Positions 1-6,100 of a stretch of 7,200 nt of DNA are shown in pieces. The translations under genes were made by a program, and so were the position numbers. The DNA comes from Fonticula alba ATCC 38817 (lineage: Eukaryota > Protista > Nucleariida). Positions within the stretch are counted from its first letter, which is position 1. Each line of letters begins with the position of its first letter. The stretch lies in NCBI GenBank assembly GCA_000388065.2, contig KB932207.1; one strand, 5' to 3'. The notes beneath the pieces were generated by a model that saw only the letters and a list, made by a program, of their open reading frames with translations, was not told the DNA's origin and did not search any database.

Positions 1-100
1 GTCTGTGTGTATGCGTGCATGTGGGTGCCTGCATGTGCACACGTACAGCCACCTGCTGCAGGCACACGGCCACCCAGGCATCTGGACTGGTCGGGGGCCG

Positions 101-148
101 CCCTTCCCCCGCCCCCCCCCCCCCCCCCCCTCACTGCTTCCTTTTTAG
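101..148 (+). promoter_or_regulatory. Probable 3' splice site of a plus-strand gene entering from the left
   Basis: TG-rich intron-like sequence at 1-45, C19 run (112-130), then TCACTGCTTCCTTTTTAG ending at 148. A possible donor G|GTGAGA at 220 would give a 71-nt exon (149-219); alternatively this is a terminal exon. Confidence 0.5.
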
Positions 149-546
149 ACGCGCGACATGCGCTCTCTCCGGCTTGAACCTTGCTCCCGACAACGAGGAG
201 CCTTGCTTGCGCCCGGCCGGTGAGAGGAAAAATACAGCAGAGCTGTATTCGAGAATAATGTACAAACAAGGGCAAGGGCGGGGGAGCGGGTCATGTGGTG
301 CCCACGATCAGAGGCCGTATCGCGTAGTACGGGCGGCCGATGCGCGGGAGGCTGGCGCCAGGGCTGCCAGCACCGCCGAAGGGCGGGTCATCCCTGGGAC
401 ATGGGCATGCAGGGTGGTCTGTCTGGCTCCTCCTTCTCCCGGCGAACGCGCGTCGGGATACGTGCACAGACACACACGCGCGCACGAGGGGGAAAAAAAA
501 GAAGAAGAAGGAAGCCAACACCCACACGCAAGGACACAGCTCATCA

Positions 547-651
547 CTGAGGGAGAAAAGGGGGCAAGGCAGATGTCAGCCCAGAGCGGGGGGGGGGGGG
601 GGGGGGGCAAAGGCGGCGCAGCACACCGGCAAGCAAAGCACAGGACCATAC
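547..651 (-). other. Candidate 105-nt GT-AG intron of an unidentified minus-strand gene
   Basis: ATG|GTATGG donor (651-646), TG/T-rich interior, C20 run (607-588), CTGAC branch-like motif (579-575), and CCTTGCCCCCTTTTCTCCCTCAG acceptor. The layout matches the well-supported OCRL intron. No homology supports the flanking exons. Confidence 0.5.
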
Positions 652-701
652 CATGTTCGACAGGGCCGGCAGGGTGCGCGAGCTCTGGAAGGGCGACGAC
701 G
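652..701. CDS. Short probable coding fragment at the gap edge; strand and frame unresolved
   Basis: All 16 codons end in G/C in two frames that share third positions: minus SSPFQSSRTLPALSNM (ending at the 651 donor) and plus MFDRAGRVRELWKGDD (ATG 653, ACCATG context). A third option is minus VVALPELAHPAGPVEH. No recognisable family. Confidence 0.35.
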
Positions 702-1681
702 NNNNNNNNNNNNNNNNNNNNNNNNNNNNNNNNNNNNNNNNNNNNNNNNNNNNNNNNNNNNNNNNNNNNNNNNNNNNNNNNNNNNNNNNNNNNNNNNNNN
801 NNNNNNNNNNNNNNNNNNNNNNNNNNNNNNNNNNNNNNNNNNNNNNNNNNNNNNNNNNNNNNNNNNNNNNNNNNNNNNNNNNNNNNNNNNNNNNNNNNNN
901 NNNNNNNNNNNNNNNNNNNNNNNNNNNNNNNNNNNNNNNNNNNNNNNNNNNNNNNNNNNNNNNNNNNNNNNNNNNNNNNNNNNNNNNNNNNNNNNNNNNN
1001 NNNNNNNNNNNNNNNNNNNNNNNNNNNNNNNNNNNNNNNNNNNNNNNNNNNNNNNNNNNNNNNNNNNNNNNNNNNNNNNNNNNNNNNNNNNNNNNNNNNN
1101 NNNNNNNNNNNNNNNNNNNNNNNNNNNNNNNNNNNNNNNNNNNNNNNNNNNNNNNNNNNNNNNNNNNNNNNNNNNNNNNNNNNNNNNNNNNNNNNNNNNN
1201 NNNNNNNNNNNNNNNNNNNNNNNNNNNNNNNNNNNNNNNNNNNNNNNNNNNNNNNNNNNNNNNNNNNNNNNNNNNNNNNNNNNNNNNNNNNNNNNNNNNN
1301 NNNNNNNNNNNNNNNNNNNNNNNNNNNNNNNNNNNNNNNNNNNNNNNNNNNNNNNNNNNNNNNNNNNNNNNNNNNNNNNNNNNNNNNNNNNNNNNNNNNN
1401 NNNNNNNNNNNNNNNNNNNNNNNNNNNNNNNNNNNNNNNNNNNNNNNNNNNNNNNNNNNNNNNNNNNNNNNNNNNNNNNNNNNNNNNNNNNNNNNNNNNN
1501 NNNNNNNNNNNNNNNNNNNNNNNNNNNNNNNNNNNNNNNNNNNNNNNNNNNNNNNNNNNNNNNNNNNNNNNNNNNNNNNNNNNNNNNNNNNNNNNNNNNN
1601 NNNNNNNNNNNNNNNNNNNNNNNNNNNNNNNNNNNNNNNNNNNNNNNNNNNNNNNNNNNNNNNNNNNNNNNNNNNNNNNNN
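702..1681. other. Assembly gap (980 N)
   Basis: Run of N with an 11-G homopolymer at its right edge. Frame continuity across the gap is meaningless. Confidence 1.
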
Positions 1682-1692
1682 GGGGGGGGGGG

Positions 1693-1840
1693 CTGCGCCG
1701 TCCTGGCGGGCAAGCGCGCCCGGCCGCCGAAGGGGGGCTTGTTTCGGTTGGACCGCCGCCAGTTGCCGTCGAAGGCGCTGGCCGGGGCCGTCCAACAGAT
1801 GCCAACGGTGGTGGTCGTGATTCCCCGCCCCTGCCTCGGC
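1693..1840. CDS. Possible coding fragment right of the gap; strand unresolved
   Basis: About 90% GC at one codon position shared by plus CAVLAGKRARPPKGGLFRLDRRQLPSKALAGAVQQMPTVVVVIPRP and minus ITTTTVGICWTAPASAFDGNWRRSNRNKPPFGG. No recognisable homology. Confidence 0.3.
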
Positions 1841-1980
1841 GTGATGCGAAGATCACGCGCGGCGCGGGTCCGATGTAGTTGGCCGCATCGCGTCGGTCTC
1901 TCGGCCCCCTCGCCCAGACCATGAGCAGGCCCATGCGCCGGGCGCCGGGTGTGCTTTTTCGGGTGTTCCCCCCCCCCCAG

Positions 1981-2125
1981 GTTGGAGACGCACGACGATC
2001 CTGGGCTGGCATGTGCCGCCGGGGCGACAGGAGGCGCGCTCGCGCAGCACTCCAGCGCGCGGAATCTCACACAGGGTCGCACACAAGGTCGCACACCAAG
2101 CCCGGCGCCGCCACAGCTCGTGCGG
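1981..2125 (+). CDS. Candidate 145-nt plus-strand exon of an unidentified gene
   Basis: Bounded by a pyrimidine-rich acceptor (TTTTCGGGTGTT-C11-AG, ending 1980) and a good donor CGG|GTAAGA (2126), followed by TG-rich sequence. All three frames are open; the product is unknown. Confidence 0.35.
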
Positions 2126-2281
2126 GTAAGAGATGCATGCGCATGTGCGGCACATGATGTGCGCGGGGCCGGGCGCAAATGCAGTTGTGCCCGCCAGCAC
2201 GGCGGCAGGGGGATCGGCTTCAGGCAAAGGTGTGTATTGTTCTCCTGGTGTGCACTGCCTCTTTCGGGGGGCCAGGCGCAC

Positions 2282-2314
2282 GGGGGGAGGGGGAGGGGGG
2301 CAGGAGGAGGGGGG
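2282..2314 (+). other. Potential G-quadruplex-forming sequence
   Basis: G6-A-G5-A-G6-CAGGAGGA-G6: four tracts of at least 5 G, with loops of 1, 1 and 8 nt. Confidence 0.55.
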
Positions 2315-2439
2315 ATGGCGGTGACGGTGGTGATGGCGGAGCGGGGTGCGCGCGACCAGCGCGTCGTTTCCCTCATTCGAGCAGCCTTCACGCGCATATA
2401 TACATGAGCAAGCAAGGAAAAAAAAAAAAAGGGAAGGCC

Positions 2440-2762
2440 CTACCGAGACTGGCCATCCATGGCCGGGCTGCTGCTGGTGCCGGTGCCGGTGCCGGTGCCG
2501 GTGCTGCTGCCCGAGGCCGAGGCCAGGGAGGGCGAGGAGAAGGAGTTCGGGCGGCTGATCTCGAAGCCGGACGAGGGAGGAGGCAGCCCGGGGCTGGCGA
2601 GCGAGCTCCGATGCCGCTGCTTGATGATCATAGCGCGCAGGGTCCCCTCGAGGAAGTGCTTGGTCAGGTGAATGCTGCGCAGCCAGGGGCCGGCGACGCT
2701 TTGAGACCGGCCTCCCGGGACCGCCGGGCCGGGCCGGAAGAGGATTGGCCCGAAGATGCCGG
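2440..2762 (-). CDS. OCRL: Terminal coding exon of the OCRL/INPP5B-like gene (end of RhoGAP-like domain plus Ser/Thr/Gly-rich tail)
   Basis: Splicing G(3135) to CC(2762-2761) gives NSLTVAQLAGIFGPILFRP, matching the RhoGAP-fold C-terminal signature (N..LA..FGP.L.RP). It is followed by a helix-like WLRSIHLTKHFLEG and ends ...PAMDGQSR-TAG (2442-2440), then a T-rich stretch. Minor caveat: CG|GTAGGG at the stop could instead be a donor. Confidence 0.86.
2476..2504. repeat. Coding hexamer microsatellite (GGTGCC)x4.8 encoding a Thr-Gly repeat in the OCRL C-terminal tail
   Basis: Read directly from the sequence; translates on the minus strand as STGTGTGTGTSSS. Confidence 0.85.
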
Positions 2763-3134
2763 CTATCGCGAGGGGGAGGACGAGAGCATGGCCGAGTCAG
2801 GAGACGATCCGACAGGGATGGCGGCAGGGGCGAGGAGAAAGGGCCGGACTGGGGCCACAATTTGGGGCCCGAAGCACACGTAGTCCCCCCCCCCCCCCCA
2901 TCCAAAGTGCGCACAAAGGCACGCAAAAGTACAGAGACGCAAAGTGTACACAAAGACACAGAATGTACACAGAGACACAAAAACACGCAAAAGCACAAAG
3001 ACACAAAAACACGCAAAAGCACAAAGACACAAAAACACACAAAAACACACAAAAACACAGAGACACAAAAACACACAAAAGCACAAAGACACAAAATGCA
3101 CACAAAAACACAGAGACACAAAATGCACACGCAC
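2763..3134 (-). other. Spliceosomal GT-AG intron, 372 nt, phase 1
   Basis: Donor GTGCGT (3134-3129), branch-like CTGAC (2800-2796), pyrimidine tract CTCTCGTCCTCCCCCTC and TAG acceptor (2765-2763). Removal restores the conserved RhoGAP-like motif in frame. Composition switches abruptly from GC3-coding to a TG/T-rich repeat. Confidence 0.88.
2905..3134. repeat. Intronic compound minisatellite (plus strand CA/A-rich; 8-10-nt monomers, 26-nt higher-order unit)
   Basis: Monomers ACAAAAAC, ACAAAGAC/ACAGAGAC, ACACAAAAAC, ACGCAAAAGC and ACAAAATGC. There is a perfect tandem 26-mer ACAAAAACACGCAAAAGCACAAAGAC at 2977-3002 and 3003-3028. Confidence 0.9.
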
Positions 3135-6100
3135 CCAGCTGGGCCACAGTCAGAGAGTTCCGATGGCACTGCATCAACAGCCGGCAAAGGACATCCATGA
3201 CAAAGCAGAAGAGCACACCATGCTCGACCTCCGGCCAGGCGGCCACCTGCTCGCTGAGGTTGCGGAAGAGCTCCAGCGTCGGGCGGTCCGGCTGGAGGAC
3301 GATCAACGACTCGATGGTCGGGGCCGGGGCATCGGGGTCGGCGGCCGCGGCGGCCGCGGCCGCCGCCGCAGCCGTCAGCTGCGCGGCCGCCGGGTCCGGC
3401 TGCACCAGTGCCAAACAACGCGGCATATGAAGAGGCGGCACCACCGGCACCGGCAGGGCCTCCAGATACCGGACAAAGACCGTGGCCGCCGCATGGAGCA
3501 GGGCCGAGCTGACCGTGCCATTGGCCGCGGCCCCGACACCCGGGCCGGCCAGCTCGCCCTGGCCACCGTCGCCGCCAGGCAGCAGGGACGCCTCGTCGGC
3601 GGCGATCAGGGCGCCTGCCAGCGGCCCGCCCGTCCCTTCGAGGACCTCGCGCACGCGGGCAACCTCCGCCGCGCCGGCCGTCGACAGGAAGAGCCCCGGC
3701 TCGGCCTGGCCATGCTCCAGCAGGAAGTCCGCCAGGCGGGCCAGCACCTGCGGCACCGGGGCCCGATCGGCCGACAGGCTCTCCGGGCGCAGGGGGAATG
3801 CCAGCCCCGTCGGCGGTGCCGGCAGCCGGTTGGCCAGCGGCAAGGGCACACCGAAAGCCGACGGCGCCAAGTCCACCTCCACCGTGATGAAAAGGTCCCG
3901 GCCATTTTCCAAATGCAAGATGAGGATGTCCTCCAGGCGATTGACACCGAAGGGCTCCGGGCCACTGCCGCCGGAGGCCACGAAGTCCCAGTAATCGGCC
4001 CCGGCCGGGCAGTGGACCTCGGCCAGGCCGCGACCCCCACCGAGGCTGGCCTCGAAGGTGATGCTGACCGTCTCGCCGGGGGTCAACTGCCCGGACATGG
4101 GTTCGATCGTCAGCCAGGTCGGGCACCAGGCACTCTCATCGACCTTGGGAATGAACCGCCAAGAGGCCAGCACCCGGCCGGTGTTGGACAATTGCAGGGT
4201 CGTGCGCAGGGGCTCCCGCGCCAGGGGAGCCAGCTGGGCCCCGGCAAAGACCGCCGCGATGCCGCTCAGCCGGCAGTCCGGGATGGCGTCATTCTCAAAG
4301 CGATCCAGCATGTGCATGACTTCGCGCTCGGTCCGGCGCGCGCGCAGCGGATTGTACACCTTGATGGCGGTCAGGTCGAACTCCGCCGACACCGGCTTGT
4401 GATCGGAAGTCAACAAAGTCCGGTGATACCGATAGGCCACCGGGACCACGGAATCCGACCGCGCATACAGCACCCGATCGCACCAGGCCGGCGCCCGGCG
4501 CTTTTCGCTGGTGTCAAATGTGTCGGTGCCCGGGTCGAACTTGTACGTCGGCCCGAAGTGCACCGGCGGCTCGATGAACCCGTTGAAGGTCCGGCCGCGG
4601 GCCTGCTCCTGCAGGAGCTGGTCATGGACCATGAGCTCGGACCACCGGCGATCGGGCACCATGGCGCGGACCTGCTCCCCGGGCAGGGTCAGCCGGTAAT
4701 TCAAGTCCCCCACCCAAAAGACATAGTCCGAGTCGTAGAGGCCGAAGGTGACCGTGTCGACGGGCGGGATGCCGGTCGGCGGCACCGGCGGGTCCCAGGG
4801 ATTGGCGCCGGGGGTGGGGATGGCGGCGGCCAGCCGCGCCGGCGACCCGTCCAGCGGGGCCCCCGGCGGCCCGACCAGGGCCATGGCCGTGCCGAAGGAC
4901 AACCCCGCGGCGAAGGCCCGCGCGGCCGGATGCAAGTGCGTGTAGGCCGCATCATACACGTCATAGGCAAATTGCATGCGGGATTCGATTTGCCGGAAGT
5001 CCGAATTCCGGCGCTCAATCTCATTGGTGGCCGCGGCCAGGTGCGAATTGATGAAGGTCACATACGAGTCGTAGATGCGCATGCGCACCGCCACGCCGCC
5101 CTTGTTGCCCATCATGTTCATGATGCCGGTGCCGACGGCGCCGGTGGTGATGTCCCGCACATGGGCCACATGGCGATCCAGCACATACACCACCACCAGC
5201 ATGCCGACCAGCTGCTTGGAGGCCACCTTCCGGTACCGGTGCTGCCGCGGCCCGAAGCCAGCCTCAATGATCCGGGTCCAGTCGTCCTCGCGCGCGCTGT
5301 TGTCCAGCAGGAAGGCCGAGGCACTGAGGTCCAGCTCCTGGAAGCCCAGCACCACGATGTCCGCCAGGCCCAGGTCCGATTGCAGCCAGGCCGAGAGATC
5401 CTCATTCGGCAGCCGGCCATTGACATTCCAGGTCCCGGCAAAGAGGCGCAATGTGCGCAAGTCGGTGAAGGACTCCTCCTGGGAGAACATCTGCCGCACG
5501 ATCCAGGGCATCTCCCGCCGGGGGGCCCCGCCACTGGCGAACTGGCTGGCCCGCGGGGCGATCAACTGCCGGAAGGTCACCGGGCGCCGGGGCCGCGGCG
5601 CGCTGCCGGTGGGCGAGGCGGCGATGGCGGCCGCCGCGGCCGCCGCCGACCCGGGCCCGGCCGCCGGCCCGGCCCCCAGGGTGGTGTCCACTTGCAGCCC
5701 GGGCGACGGCTGGCCCAGGACACTGGCCGAGGTGGCCCGGGGCAGGTGCACCGGTGGCGGTGAGGCCACCGCCGACATGGTCGACGGGTTGGGCGTCGGC
5801 GGGCCGTGATGGCCCGCCGCCCCGCCACCGGTGGCGTCGGTTTGGAGGGTGGACGCCCGGGCCCGGGGCCCGGTCGACCGGGGGGGAATCGGCGGCGGCC
5901 CGCTGGCCATGACCATGGTGGAATGCGGCCGCGAGTGGGTCGGCCCGGCCAGCGTCGGCGTCAGGATGGTCGAGGCCCGGCTGTTGCCATTCTGCGAGAG
6001 GAGCATGCGCCGGTCGATGTCGAAGATGCCGCCGGAGCGCGAGGCCCGCACGGCCTCCAGGCTGGATACATCGGACCCGGTGAGGAATTGCCCGGCCACG

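Larger units (their letters stand above)
2644..3756 (-). other. RhoGAP-like (catalytically inactive) domain, split by the intron
   Basis: VPQVLARLADFL...PGLFLST...YLEALPVPVVP...RCL...LCRLLMQCHRNSLTVAQLA|GIFGPILFRP. The arginine-finger position is Leu (CTG, 3687-3685). Confidence 0.85.

Noticed and set aside
373-1735. Repeated CCGCCGAAGGG on both sides of the gap (PPKGG/PPFGG), with a 5-bp hairpin in the left copy
   Set aside because: An 11-nt match in very GC-rich DNA is unremarkable, and the right copy does not form the stem.
1826-1856. Hypothetical 26-nt GT-AG mini-intron joining two minus-strand frames after MGLLMVW...
   Set aside because: No branch point or pyrimidine tract, far shorter than the other introns here, and no homology support.
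2068-2097. 12-bp tandem repeat CACACA(G/A)GGTCG, about 2.4 copies
   Set aside because: Too short and low-copy to assign a function; likely local slippage.
15-2415. Long ORFs spanning the N gap (15-1820, 308-1795, 340-1878, 544-2415, 576-2012, 653-1924)
   Set aside because: Their length comes from X codons, and the gap size is an estimate, so frame continuity is not evidence.
2850-2870. GGGCC...GGCCC hairpin in the OCRL intron
   Set aside because: Only a 5-bp GC stem, expected by chance at this composition.
2905-3134. Minisatellite as a CRISPR array or telomeric repeat
   Set aside because: No unique spacers, no cas genes, eukaryotic intronic context, and heterogeneous monomers unlike a fixed telomere unit.
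2745-3430. Lys/His/Thr/Gln repeat proteins (2745-3200, 2756-3430) and Phe/Val/Cys ORF 2763-3134
   Set aside because: Translations of the intronic repeat, open only because the repeat lacks stop codons.
1853-4126. 757-aa minus-strand alternative-frame ORF
   Set aside because: An off-frame reading of GC-rich OCRL sequence, intron and UTR, rich in Arg/Gly/Pro, with no domain signal.
2944-5763. 939-aa plus-strand ORF, plus other plus ORFs overlapping OCRL (e.g. 5075-5809, 5831-6319, 6341-6856)
   Set aside because: Antisense shadow frames of a GC3-biased gene. They have the typical Arg/Gly/His/Gln or Ser/Thr/Arg composition and no domain motifs.
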